A stretch of 63,343 nucleotides of DNA, filler included, from Octopus bimaculoides (GCF_001194135.2; 10 parts of 8 records of this genome joined end to end with filler, not necessarily neighbours in it); one strand, 5' to 3'. Positions 39,547 to 52,962 are shown, counted from the whole stretch's first letter. The notes: generated from the sequence alone by a model not told the origin. Translations and numbers: made by a program.

Positions 39547-42391
39547 ATCTCTATATTCTATATATTTGTTTATGTCCTAGTATCGTAGCGGTTCGTCAAA
39601 AAAAAAAAAAAGAGATCGGTAAATAAGAAACAGGTTTTTTAAAAAATGAGTCGAAAAATGACTGTAACTAGTAAAAGATGTCGAATCCTACGGAACAGCT
39701 ATATTGATGTTGCGATAAACATTACTTCTCAATATAGATACTACTCTCATTTCTTATTGAGATTTTCTAGCTGGCTACTTTGTTTGTTGCAAGATTAGTG
39801 ACTGATTGTCGCTTGATTTTTTTTTTATACATTGCGAACCAGAGCGAATTACTGCTATCTCTAGCGGATAGTTGTTCACCATTGACGATGGGCACAAATA
39901 GCCCGAAACTGTAAGATCTGGTGATCCCATCGCCTGCTAGGAGATGGTAGGGGTTCACTCTCCTGCTTACAATACATATTGGGTGCAGATTGCATCGACA
40001 ACCATCGCGACACATACATAAGAAATTATCCTTGGTGTAAAAAACGGAAGTGACGTCGATTCTTACGGAACAGCTATAGTAATGCGGTGATAAACATTAT
40101 TTCAAACACACACGCACACACACACATATTACAAGCAAAGTTGCTAGATGTAAAATTTCTATAAATGTAAATAGTAACTCTGGTGAAAAGTAATGGTTGT
40201 TCTGCAGAGAAATGAGAAAGACTGAAACCCTGAAACCAGCTGGTCTACTGATCTTGTTGCCGCTAGATGGGCGTTGTTCTGTCCCTTGTTTGCAATATAT
40301 CGGGCACAGATATTGTGTCCTTAACCAGCTGGAAGAGGTGTCCTTCTGGGGTTAAAAAGCGTAGTAACATTGTTCNNNNNNNNNNNNNNNNNNNNNNNNN
40401 NNNNNNNNNNNNNNNNNNNTTAATTAATTAANNNNNNNNNNNNNNNNNNNNNNNNNNNNNNNNNNNNNNNNNNNNTATATATATAGTTGAAACTTACAGA
40501 GAAACAAAAGTCGAAGACTGGTGTATGAACGAACAACAAGCAGGTGTGTTAGTTTGGCACTCGGGAAAGTGAGAAAGTCTTTTACGTTTCGAGCCTACGC
40601 TCTTCAACAGGAAGGAATAAGAGAAAATAAACAGAGAGAGAAATAAACAAAAGTTGTGGATTTTGGGATCAAGCATAGCAACTGGTTGGGAAAAAAAAAG
40701 ATTTGACTGGAAAAGTAGAAAAAAGGGGAGACATATACGTATATATATATATATATATATATACGATGGGCTTCTTTCAGTTTCAGTTTAATAAATGCAC
40801 TTAAAAGGCTTTGGTCGGCCTGATGCTATAGTAGAAAACACTCGCCCAGGGTGCCACACAGTGGAAATGAACCCGAAATCATGTGGTTGGCAAGCAAGCT
40901 TCTTACCACACATCCACTCCTGCTTCTATTGACAAATAGACGCGAAATTTAGCTATACTGTTATATAGATTTGAAACATCTTCCGGTTGGATATTTCGTA
41001 TTTTAGTATAACGAAGTAACCACACAACCAATCTCCCACATCTTCAAATATCTTCAAATTCATCTTTCACGTTGTTTTGCACCAAAGTTTCAGACAAAAC
41101 ACTATATTTATATATATTTACTTCAAGGTTTCCGTTTCATACACTACTAAAAATTAGGCCTACTCTATCAAGACTATGATCAACATGGCTTCGATACACA
41201 CTACAAGAGATCTCAGAGAAGAGCGAATGGATCGTATTATACCGATAAATATCAGTTTCAATGAACAGGGAGATTAAGCTAAATATGTTACATACTTTTT
41301 ATTGAAGACGATTAGAAAACTATATCTCCCTAATGGATGCATTAATTCCAACAGATAACATTATATTCCTGAACAAAATATAGGGAAAAGCTTGCTAAAT
41401 ATAAGACGTAGAAATGCAGATATCTTGAATGATGATATTAAAGACTGAAGCAGTACTTTGTGCTGCGAGGTTGATGAAATGAGGTGCAAACAAATATGTA
41501 ACCAAAGACCACCAGGGCATAAATATATAAACACGACATACGAAATAAAGTCGTAGGCGAAGCTGTGTGGCAAGAATATTGCATACCAACCATGTGGCCT
41601 TGGGAACAGTTCCACTGCGTGGCGCCTTGGGCGGATGTCTTCTACTATAGCCCAATTTCGACCAAAGCTTTGTGGATTTGATTGGCAGAAACTGAGGAAA
41701 CACGCCATGTATGTNNNNNNNNNNNNNNNNNNNNNNNNNNNNNNNNNNNNNNNNNNNNNNNNNNNNNNNNNNNNNNNNNNNNNNNNNNNNNNNNNNNNNN
41801 NNNNNNNNNNNNNNNNNNNNNNNNNNNNNNNNNNNNNNNNNNNNNNNNNNNNNNNNNNNNNNNNNNNNNNNNNNNNNNNNNNNNNNNNNNNNNNNNNNNN
41901 NNNNNNNNNNNNNNNNNNNNNNNNNNNNNNNNNNNNNNNNNNNNNNNNNNNNNNNNNNNNNNNNNNNNNNNNNNNNNNNNNNNNNNNNNNNNNNNNNNNN
42001 NNNNNNNNNNNNNNNNNNNNNNNNNNNNNNNNNNNNNNNNNNNNNNNNNNNNNNNNNNNNNNNNNNNNNNNNNNNNNNNNNNNNNNNNNNNNNNNNNNNN
42101 NNNNNNNNNNNNNNNNNNNNNNNNNNNNNNNNNNNNNNNNNNNNNNNNNNNNNNNNNNNNNNNNNNNNNNNNNNNNNNNNNNNNNNNNNNNNNNNNNNNN
42201 NNNNNNNNNNNNNNNNNNNNNNNNNNNNNNNNNNNNNNNNNNNNNNNNNNNNNNNNNNNNNNNNNNNNNNNNNNNNNNNNNNNNNNNNNNNNNNNNNNNN
42301 NNNNNNNNNNNNNNNNNNNNNNNNNNNNNNNNNNNNNNNNNNNNNNNNNNNNNNNNNNNNNNNNNNNNNNNNNNNNNNNNNNNNNNNNNNN

Positions 42392-42435
<44 letters not shown>

Positions 42436-43148
42436 CACACACACAACAAACACACACAGAGGAAAACTATAATTGTCACTAAATATGATTAGGGTGTTAG
42501 AAACACCTATACCCTAGTCATTATTTAATGACAATTATAGTTTTCCTTTTTGGTAAAATATTGCACTTTGCTGTCTATATTAATTTGCTTGTATTGTCTA
42601 AACTCGACCACTGCTTGACAACAGGTATTCGTTTGTTTACGTCGATGTAACTTAGCGATTCCGCAAAAGAAACCGATACAAGAACTAGGGTTGAAGGCGA
42701 TGCTCCAGCATGACCGTAGTCCAGTGACTGAAACAAACAAAGGATAAAAGATAAAAAGTTATAGACACAATACACAAATCATATCACTGCACATATATCT
42801 GTTACACTCAATAAATCAGATTACTTAGAAAACCAGTGTGGAACGCTGCAGGTGAACAAAGCAGAATGAGGTGAGGTTTGATGTGGAGTAAAAGCAAGGC
42901 ATCACATAACAGGCGCTTATCTTTTATCTTTTTATCATCTAATTGTTTCAGTCATTAGACTGCGGCCATGCTGGGGCACTGCCTTGAAGAAGTTTTAGTC
43001 GAATGAATCTACCCCAGTACTTATTTTCTTCTTAAGCCGGGTACTTACTATTCCTTCGACCTCTTTTGCCGAACTGCTACGTTACGAGGACGTAAAAGCA
43101 CCAACACCGGTTGTCCAGCAATGGTGGAGGACAAACACAGATACAAAG

Positions 43149-43193
<45 letters not shown>

Positions 43194-44989
43194 CACACAC
43201 ACACATACACACACACACACGTACATACACACACATGCACAGACACACACACACATACTTACACATATACATATATATATAGGCGCAGGAGTGGCTGTGT
43301 GGTAAGTAGCTTGCTTACCAACCACATGGTTCTGGGTTCAGTCCCACTGCGTGGCACCTTGGGCNNNNNNNNNNNNNNNNNNNNNNNNNNNNNNNNNNNN
43401 NNNNNNNNNNNNNNNNNNNNNNNNNNNNNNNNNNNNNNNNNNNNNNNNNNNNNNNNNNNNNNNNNNNNNNNNNNNNNNNNNNNNNNNNNNNNNNNNNNNN
43501 NNNNNNNNNNNNNNNNNNNNNNNNNNNNNNNNNNNNNNNNNNNNNNNNNNNNNNNNNNNNNNNNNNNNNNNNNNNNNNNNNNNNNNNNNNNNNNNNNNNN
43601 NNNNNNNNNNNNNNNNNNNNNNNNNNNNNNNNNNNNNNNNNNNNNNNNNNNNNNNNNNNNNNNNNNNNNNNNNNNNNNNNNNNNNNNNNNNNNNNNNNNN
43701 NNNNNNNNNGCATTGGTCGATCCGAGGTTATAATAGAAGACACTTGCCCAAGGTGCTACGCAGTGGGACCTGAACCCAGAAGCACGTGGTTGGGAAGCAT
43801 GCTGCTTACCACACAGCCACGCCTGCACCTGTTATATATTGTGTGGTATAACATTACAAGCAGCTTATATCATATCGTACAACTTCAGGAGGAGAGCATA
43901 ACCGATCATATTGACTTTATAAATATTTAGTCGACGCCAGGAGAATGAATCTCATTGAGATTCCAATTCAGAACGTTAAACACAGGGCCCTTTTGTCTGG
44001 GTACCTTTATATAGTCTTNNNNNNNNNNGCTTGAGGTTTTGGAGGAGAGTGCTAGGCAATTACATCGACCCCGGTGTACAACTGGTGCCTAAGTTTTCGA
44101 CCCCGAAAATATGGAACACAAAATTGACCTCGACGGAATTTGAACTCAAAACATGAAGACGGCCGGAATACCTCTCTCTCTAAGCATTTGGTCCGTCATG
44201 CTCGCCGCCTCCACTGCATTTTTATGATAATCACAGAGACAAGCTGAAAACGTAATGACTTACACCAACTTAAGAAGTAGATTGACACAATCATTTCACT
44301 AAAAACATTGTCACATGCCTCTAAAGGTAGACATAAGTACGTCCCGAAAAATAACAATATTAGAATCGCTGGAGACATTGTTATGGATACTCTTCTCTTT
44401 CTGTGTTTGTAAATACTGTAAAGCTTCATATTATCAACTAGAGAGGGATGAAAGGCGAAATTGACTTCAGTGTGGTTTGAACTCGGGACGTAAAGAGCTG
44501 GAAGAATGGTACTAAACAATTTGTCTCGGGTTAATGCTTCAACAAGCTTGCCGCCCTAATAATGAGGATGATGGGAACGACGGCTATGACGACGACGACG
44601 ACGGTAATAATAATCATCCTTTCTGCTTTCTAGGTACAAGGGCTGAAATTTTGGGTGAGGAGGCAAGACGATTACAACGATCCCAGTGTTCCTCTGGTAT
44701 TTATTTTATGGACCTCGAAAGGATGAAAAGCAAAGTCGACCCCAGCAGAAATTGAACTGAGGACGTAAACACTGATGAAATGCCGCCGAACACTTATTGA
44801 CTAAAAGGGCCTCAAAAGAGAAATAAGACAACAGAAAAACAAAGGGCAGTAGTTATTGACATAAACATGTGTAAACATTAACAGCAATGACGATTAGCAA
44901 GACAATTATAACCACAAAATTCCTCAGTAAAGTGGTGTACCATTCAGGGATAACCAAGGAACTCCACGTATTCTGGGCCATCCCAACCT

Positions 44990-45720
44990 TCAAATACACC
45001 ACTAGGAGGCACCCCTCTCCTGTCCGTTCTCTCCATGTTTCAGGAGCAAGCCTAGAGTAGACTGACTAACTCGGTCTTCCGCGCCGCATTCACTCACCTT
45101 TCAACAAATTTACTGAGGATGGTATTGAACCTCCGTCTCAAATAAGTCGAAGAGGGTAGCGTTTGCCTTCATTTCTTTTAATCTTATCTGTCACACAACC
45201 TCGTTCGCCATAACCTACAGGCAGAGGATATCTGCCAGCTCACATAAGCCAAAGGAAGGTGGTCGAGCGATCTTCACAACTAAACCAGCCGATAGTTAGC
45301 CTGATCCATCCCACACACGATACCAGTTATCCAATATAACTCAACAAGTCATCAATGGTCGGCCACTGTACCAGCGCATGTAGGATAGTTCGTCGCCTTA
45401 CACACATCTCGGGAAGACGTAGCTGACCGCACCTAAAGTTTATTTCTAGCCGACAACGATCCCGACCCCCACCACTAGCGCTGGGATTCCTGGAAAGTAC
45501 TGATAAGCTCTGGACCGAAAGACCACCAGAACAAACCAGACACGTGAATCTCGTCGATACCGAGAATTTCCCCGAGAACGTCGTCGCTCTTGTCTGCCAC
45601 TAATCAGCAAAACAACGTCATGATGGAACTTCCCCCAACCGCATTGCCCGTCTGACAAAGGGCTGTGAGCGCCTGACGACTCTCTAGGTGCCAGCTACCT
45701 TGCCTCGTTCTGCACTTGAT
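44990..45720 (-). mobile_element. Decayed Tx1/L1-clade LINE, 3' end of ORF2
   Basis: Frameshifted translation FGPELISTFQES…LSARNKL*, PRCV*GDETILHALVQWP (decayed CxxC…H…C zinc knuckle), ILCL*VMANEVV*QIRL and SKFVER*VNAAR. GC content is visibly higher than the flanks. Confidence 0.7.
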
Positions 45721-46712
45721 GAATGACTGCATCTAAAGCATTAACAAAAAATATACTTCTGATGCAGTTTGTGTGCTGATGACGAAAACACTTACTACAT
45801 CCCACAGATCGATATTAAATGTACTTTCTCTTTTCTCATAGTAAGATTGTTTTACATGGCTTGGTGTTGGAGAAAGAATGCCATCAATACCCTCATCATC
45901 ATCATCATCATCACCAGCAGCAGCACCTTCGTCGTCATAAGTGCTTTAAGGGTCATGAACTAAATAAAAGATTACATCCAGAGAGACCGACTTTTATTTA
46001 TAAAAAAATATCGAGTAATGGAGGCTGCCGATTGATTAAAATCACATGATTATAAATGCTTGTTACTTGTAGATTATTAATTTTCTTGAGAAAAAAATGA
46101 ATACGATTTTCGTCATTAGTATGCAAAACTACATCAAAACTACATTTCTGAAAATAATCTAGTAAAAATGAGAAAAACTTGAGGAGGTTAGAATAAATTT
46201 AACAAGATCTTAAGACTCAATAATTTAAACTAGATATTTAAAATTTAAACTTTCACTTACATATATCAGGCAACCTTAGGCTCTTGAGTATGCTAACACT
46301 ACTTACTTTCATTACGTAATGTCAATTGGTCGAGACTTTTCGAATCTTCGTGAGGAGCTCTTGGGTTATAAAGAGTAAATAAGAACATATAACTCCTGGG
46401 TCGTTGAGTATAAGACTCCGTAAAATCTGTCCGAAATTTGGAGAAATATTGTTTTATCTCCATTAATACGTAATCACATTTTTTTTTTCTTTCCTCCCTG
46501 GAAAAATAACTCGAGTAAAGAGGTACTCTCTTCTGCTGCATACCTTTTCCACAAGTTCCTCTTTACCTAAAAGATACACATACACGCACACACNNNNNNN
46601 NNNNNNNNNNNNNNNNNNNNNNNNNNNNNNNNNNNNNTTAATTAATTAANNNNNNNNNNNNNNNNNNNNNNNNNNNNNNNNNNNNNNNNNNNNTGTGTGT
46701 GTGTGTGTAAAG

Positions 46713-47035
46713 GAGCACTCCGTCGGTTACGACGACAAGGGTCCCAGCTGATACGATCAACGGAACAGCTTGGTCGTGAAATTAACGTGCAAGTGGCTGA
46801 GTATTCCACAAACACGTGTACACTTAACGTAGTTCTCGGGGATTTTCAGCGTGACACAGAATGTGACAAAGCTGGCCCTTTGAAGTACAGGTACTACTCA
46901 TGTTTGCCAGCTGAGTGGACTGGAGCAACGTGAAATAAAGTGTCTTGCTCAAGGACACAACGCGTCACCGGGAATTGAACTCATGACCTTACGCTCGTCA
47001 GCCGAATGCCCTAACCACTAGGCCACGCGCCTTCA
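46713..47035 (-). mobile_element. tRNA-derived SINE (head H1 + body X)
   Basis: Head GAAGGCGCGTGGCCTAGTGGTTAGGGC…GAGTTCAATTCCC, then GTGTCCTTGAGCAAGACAC. The 3' body is homologous to 9461-9640. A degenerate H1 head also lies at about 62925-63050(+), and an H2 head at 57836-57890(+). Confidence 0.88.
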
Positions 47036-47771
47036 TATGTATGTATACCTATGTGCGAGTATGGATGGATGGATGAATTTATAAGAGTAAATTAAAATAA
47101 AACATAACCTCAACCACAGTCAGGAGAAAACACAGTAGCCCAATAAAGAGTAACACCAACGCCAACAACATCAATAACAACAACAACAAAAACAATAACA
47201 ACNNNNNNNNNNNNNNNNNNNNNNNNNNNNNNNNNNNNNNNNNNNNNNNNNNNNNNNNNNNNNNNNNNNNNNNNNNNNNNNNNNNNNNNNNNNNNNNNNN
47301 NNNNNNNNNNNNNNNNNNNNNNNNNNNNNNNNNNNNNNNNNNNNNNNNNNNNNNNNNNNNNNNNNNNNNNNNNNNNNNNNNNNNNNNNNNNNNNNNNNNN
47401 NNNNNNNNNNNNNNNNNNNNNNNNNNNNNNNNNNNNNNNNNNNNNNNNNNNNNNNNNNNNNNNNNNNNNNNNNNNNNNNNNNNNNNNNNNNNNNNNNNNN
47501 NNNNNNNNNNNNNNNNNNNNNNNNNNNNNNNNNNNNNNNNNNNNNNNNNNNNNNNNNNNNNNNNNNNNNNNNNNNNNNNNNNNNNNNNNNNNNNNNNNNN
47601 NNNNNNNNNNNNNNNNNNNNNNNNNNNNNNNNNNNNNNNNNNNGTTTTAAAATAAAAAAAACTGTTGTTTTCGTTTACATTTCTCGAGAAAGACGATGGC
47701 GGCATTTATTTATTTATCTACTTTTTTACTGTAAGACTTTCTTTATCGTTTTCTCCTTTCCTTTCTTCTTT

Positions 47772-47806
<35 letters not shown>

Positions 47807-48563
47807 TTACACTACTACTTCTTCTTCATCAACATCATCATTGTTCTTCTCTTTCTTGTTCTTGTTGTTGCTGTCATTACCATCATTATTATTATTATTA
47901 TTATTATCGTTATTATTATTATTATTTCTTGAAACCCTTATTTTTTTCAAACGATGACCAATTAGTAGAATTGAATATTTTCCATTTCTTTGTAATTAGT
48001 TTGAGCAAAAAGAGAAAAAGAAAAGAAAAGAGAGCGCAACAATAACAGCAACAAAAACACATCAACGTCAACACTAACAACAACAAAAATAACTACTACT
48101 ACTACTACTACTACCACTACTACAATAACTACCACCAACGAACGCAATAACAATATAATTTTCTTCGAATGTTAGGAAACAGCGTAGTTCTGCGAGTTGG
48201 CAGAGCTGTTAAGTCGTCAGCAACAATGCTTAGTGGCATTTGTTCCGATTTTACGTCCTGAGTTCAAGTCCTGCCGCCTTCTTTTTTACTGAACTGCTAG
48301 ATGCAGACGTAAGCAAGCCAACACTAGCTGTGTGTGTGTGTATGTGTGTGTGTGTGTAGGGTGCAGGGAGCACTAGCATTGACAGAAATAAGCGTCAAAG
48401 ACTCTTTAACCACAGAAGCACATGTTCTGTTCACTTATATATATAGTTATATAAGTTTAAAAAAACTCATAATGTATTGAAGCACAAACAAACGGAAAAC
48501 AGACACAGAAGGTCACCAAATCTTCATCAGTTATCTCTCACTCTCTCTCTCTTTCTTTCTCTT

Positions 48564-48615
<52 letters not shown>

Positions 48616-49550
48616 NNNNNNNNNNNNNNNNNNNNNNNNNNNNNNNNNNNNNNNNNNNNNNNNNNNNNNNNNNNNNNNNNNNNNNNNNNNNNNNNNNNNN
48701 NNNNNNNNNNNNNNNNNNNNNNNNNNNNNNNNNNNNNNNNNNNNNNNNNNNNNNNNNNNNNNNNNNNNNNNNNNNNNNNNNNNNNNNNNNNNNNNNNNNN
48801 NNNNNNNNNNNNNNNNNNNNNNNNNNNNNNNNNNNNNNNNNNNNNNNNNNNNNNNNNNNNNNNNNNNNNNNNNNNNNNNNNNNNNNNNNNNNNNNNNNNN
48901 NNNNNNNNNNNNNNNNNNNNNNNNNNNNNNNNNNNNNNNNNNNNNNNNNNNNNNNNNNNNNNNNNNNNNNNNNNNNNNNNNNNNNNNNNNNNNNNNNNNN
49001 NNNNNNNNNNNNNNNNNNNNNNNNNNNNNNNNNNNNNNNNNNNNNNNNNNNNNNNNNNNNNNNNNNNNNNNNNNNNNNNNNNNNNNNNNNNNNNNNNNNN
49101 NNNNNNNNNNNNNNNNNNNNNNNNNNNNNNNNNNNNNNNNNNNNNNNNNNNNNNNNNNNNNNNNNNNNNNNNNNNNNNNNNNNNNNNNNNNNNNNNNNNN
49201 NNNNNNNNNNNNNNNNNNNNNNNNNNNNNNNNNNNNNNNNNNNNNNNNNNNNNNNNNNNNNNNNNNNNNNNNNNNNNNNNNNNNNNNNNNNNNNNNNNNN
49301 NNNNNNNNNNNNNNNNNNNNNNNNNNNNNNNNNNNNNNNNNNNNNNNNNNNNNNNNNNNNNNNNNNNNNATCCAAAATTACAGGCAAAAAACTCAATTAA
49401 AATCAATTCATAAAAAATTAAAATTATCTTATGATATTTACTTTACTTTATATTATACTCATTTATTGTGCTTTTAATTATTAATTTTTCTATATGTGAT
49501 AGTGGATTTTCATCGATGAGTTCTTGATAATTGGTTATTTTCCCTAAAAC

Positions 49551-49582
<32 letters not shown>

Positions 49583-49590
49583 TATATACA

Positions 49591-50590
49591 TATGAGATGC
49601 CTTCGAGAAGTTGGGAGACTCTTTTAGGAGAGGCGATTAGAACTGGCCTACATTTTTATTTCAGATTGAAGGAGAGGGCTGTCCCTACAAAACACTACTT
49701 GTCACAGCTGATTAGTTTGAAGAATGCAGTCAGAACGTGAAGTCAATTTGGTCGCTCGATATGCAATAAAATTTTATGTTAAACTGGGCAAAAACGCTAC
49801 AAAAACTTATGAAATATTTCATACAGCCTATGGATGAACTTGTAAGTGCCGAGCAACTATTTTTCGCTGGCATAAGAGATTCAAAGACGGTAGAGAGGAG
49901 GCGACAGAAGATGAGATATATGGGATGGTGAGGACGTCTGAAAATCAGAGCTAGTCAAGAAAATTTGCAATATTTATGATGAAGACAGTCGTTTGTCTAT
50001 AAAGACATTAAGCATACAGTTGGTGTGATAACTGCACACAAAATTAGGCATGAAGATCTGAACATGCATAAAATGTGTGCAAAGTTTGTTCCCAGGTGAC
50101 GAATAGAAGAAAAACGCATTGGTGACAGCAGGGAGCTGGTTCAACATATTACCTCCAATCCAAATGTAATTGAGTCTCTGGCGGCCTGTGACAAAAGCTG
50201 AAGCTATTATTATAATCCAGAGAGCAAAAGACAGAGTGCCCAATGAAAGCATCCTAGCTCTGCCAGACCCAAGAAAGGCAGACAAAGCAAGTTCACCGGG
50301 AAGCTCGTGATGATACCCTTTTTTTTTAATAACAGGATCATCTACACCCACTGGTTTCCCTCTAGTTGAACGGTCAACAAAGAATACTTTGTGGAAGTTC
50401 TGAGGGAGTTTAGGAAGAGATTTCGTCACAATAGGTCAGAGCTTTTCCACTCGAGTAAGTAGCAACTGCACCAGCACAATGCACCAATCCACAATTCCAT
50501 CCTGGTAACCAACTATTTGACAGAGATGGGCAGCAAAACTGTCCATCACTCTCCCTAGAATCCAGTACTTGCTCCCTGTGACTTGTCCAA
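49591..50590 (+). mobile_element. Decayed mariner (D,D34D) transposon, 3'-truncated
   Basis: RYAIKFYVKLGKNATKTYE…RATIFRWHKRFKDGREE, CAKFVPR (from WVPR), ACDKS (from TGDES), HQHNA (second Asp mutated to His) and LAPCD exactly 34 residues later. Several in-frame stops. A TIR-like TATGAGATGCCTTCGAGAAGTT lies at 49591. Confidence 0.92.
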
Positions 50591-50620
50591 TTAGCACTGC
50601 TCCAGGTAATATTGTTCCTC

Positions 50621-50744
50621 CTAGGACTCACACCTTCTGATCCACAGCCACCTTGAAACAGCTTCCACTGCCTCCATAAGTAAATCTTACGGCTTTCTGC
50701 CAACTGGTCTCTGAAATAACTAGCATACCGTAAACTCTGTAGAG
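50621..50744 (-). mobile_element. HERO-like (RLE-clade) LINE C-terminal fragment
   Basis: LYRVYGMLVISETSWQKAVR / EAVEAVSRWLWIRRCES* resembles, from memory, the HERO terminal AAEKASRWLWLxR motif. The frame resumes as ASPS beyond the hAT insertion (51268-51279). Confidence 0.55.
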
Positions 50745-51259
50745 CAGGGGTAGGGAAACCCCGCCCGCGGGCGCAATTGCGTCCGCGAGCCCGCTTTATT
50801 GTGCCCACAGGCTGAAATACTCATATGTACAAAATATAGTAAATTTTTCGATCAAAATTTATACAATATTTGTATACCTATTTACGACATAGGTCGCGTT
50901 TCCACTATGACTTAAAATGGTCAGAAATCGTCCAATAATTGCCATTTGAATGGAAATTTTGTTTTCACTATAAAACACATATTGCTAGGTTTATACCACC
51001 CCCTTGAGACCCAACTACACTCTAGCTGAAAAACATAGAATACCTCATAAGTAATATAAACATCCTCAATTCAGTGGCATTAATGACGATGTTACGTGTT
51101 AATTTAATGTGTTAAACTTATCTTTATTAATGTATATCGAATTATACATAGATATATGCAAGATATATACAGATATAAGAGTTAGAACTTGTGATCCGCC
51201 CGCGGACCTTTTCTTTTAGAAATTTTTGCCCACCGCACTAAAAAGTTCCCCCAACCTTG
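50745..51259. mobile_element. Non-autonomous hAT (Charlie-like) MITE, 515 bp
   Basis: Termini CAGGGGTAGGGAAAC and GTTCCCCCAACCTTG, subterminal GCCCGCGG motifs at both ends, and 8-bp flanks CTGTAGAG / CAGTGAAG (5/8 identical, a decayed TSD). Confidence 0.75.
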
Positions 51260-52773
51260 CAGTGAAGAGGGGCTGGCTCNNNNNNNNNNNNNNNNNNNNN
51301 NNNNNNNNNNNNNNNNNNNNNNNNNNNNNNNNNNNNNNNNNNNNNNNNNNNNNNNNNNNNNNNNNNNNNNNNNNNNNNNNNNNNNNNNNNNNNNNNNNNN
51401 NNNNNNNNNNNNNNNNNNNNNNNNNNNNNNNNNNNNNNNNNNNNNNNNNNNNNNNNNNNNNNNNNNNNNNNNNNNNNNNNNNNNNNNNNNNNNNNNNNNN
51501 NNNNNNNNNNNNNNNNNNNNNNNNNNNNNNNNNNNNNNNNNNNNNNNNNNNNNNNNNNNNNNNNNNNNNNNNNNNNNNNNNNNNNNNNNNNNNNNNNNNN
51601 NNNNNNNNNNNNNNNNNNNNNNNNNNNNNNNNNNNNNNNNNNNNNNNNNNNNNNNNNNNNNNNNNNNNNNNNNNNNNNNNNNNNNNNNNNNNNNNNNNNN
51701 NNNNNNNNNNNNNNNNNNNNNNNNNNNNNNNNNNNNNNNNNNNNNNNNNNNNNNNNNNNNNNNNNNNNNNNNNNNNNNNNNNNNNNNNNNNNNNNNNNNN
51801 NNNNNNNNNNNNNNNNNNNNNNNNNNNNNNNNNNNNNNNNNNNNNNNNNNNNNNNNNNNNNNNNNNNNNNNNNNNNNNNNNNNNNNNNNNNNNNNNNNNN
51901 NNNNNNNNNNNNNNNNNNNNNNNNNNNNNNNNNNNNNCACTTCCTCGGCGATATCTCACTACTATCTACTAACTGTTTACTTGTGTAGAAGCAGACGGTA
52001 AGCAAGTAGCGAAGATATTAGAACTATCGACAATTCAATGGGAAAAAATCAATAATTTGGTTGAAATATCAACTGGGGGCGGGGACGGAGGTGGGGGGGG
52101 TGAATGAATAATGTTAAAGTACATATCGTATACTCTTTTACTTGTTTCAGTGATTTGACTGTGGCCATGCTGGGGCATCACCTTGAAGAATGTAGTCAAA
52201 CAAATCAAGCACAACGTTAATTCTAAGTGTGGTACATTATTCAAACGGTGTCTTTTGCCGAACCGCCAAGTTACAGAAACACAAATGACAACCAATTGTC
52301 AAGCGATGGAGACTAATACAAATACAAAGACATACACATGTACGCATACACACATGCATACATACATACACACATACATACATACATGCATACACACATA
52401 CATACATACATACATACATACGACAAACAGACAGACAGACTGACGCGCGCGCGCGCACGCACACACATACACACAAATACACACACATGCACGCACTCAT
52501 ACATGTCTTTTATTATCTTTTACTTATTTCAGTCATTAGAGAGCGGCCATGCTGGAGCAGTGCCTTAGAGAATTTTAGTTGAACGAATCAAGCCCAGTGC
52601 TTTTTGTAAAACCTAGTATTTATTTATCGGTTTCTTTTACCGAACTGCTTAGTTACGAGTATATAAACACACAAAGACTGGTGGTGGGAGACAAGCACAG
52701 ACTCAAAGACACACAAACACACACACAAGAAGAAGAAGAAGAAGAAGAAGAAGAAGAAGAAGAAGAAGAAGAA

Positions 52774-52962
52774 TCCTTTCTACTATAAGCACAAGGCCTG
52801 AAATTTTGAGGAATGGCTAAGTCGATTACACTGACCCAGTACTCCACTGGTACTTAATTTATCGACCCCGAAAGGATGAAAGGCAAAGTCGACCTCGGCG
52901 GAATTTGAACTCAAAACGTAAAGACGGACGAAATGCCACTAAACATTTTGCCCGGCGTGCTA
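52774..52962 (-). mobile_element. tRNA-derived SINE, family C (representative), with (TTC)n tail
   Basis: Conserved GGTACTTAATTTATCGACCCCGAAAGGATGAAAGGCAAAGTCGACCTCGGCGGAATTTGAACTC; B-box GAGTTCAAATTCC on the minus strand. Other copies lie at about 3787-4010, 4925-5122, 5545-5720, 5745-5850, 18640-18776(+), 19630-19815, 39073-39195, 44030-44215, 44625-44790 and 48180-48280(+). Confidence 0.88.

Noticed and set aside
40259-40275. CTCF-like CCGCTAGATGGGCG
   Set aside because: It deviates from consensus at a core position, and a single short match is expected by chance.
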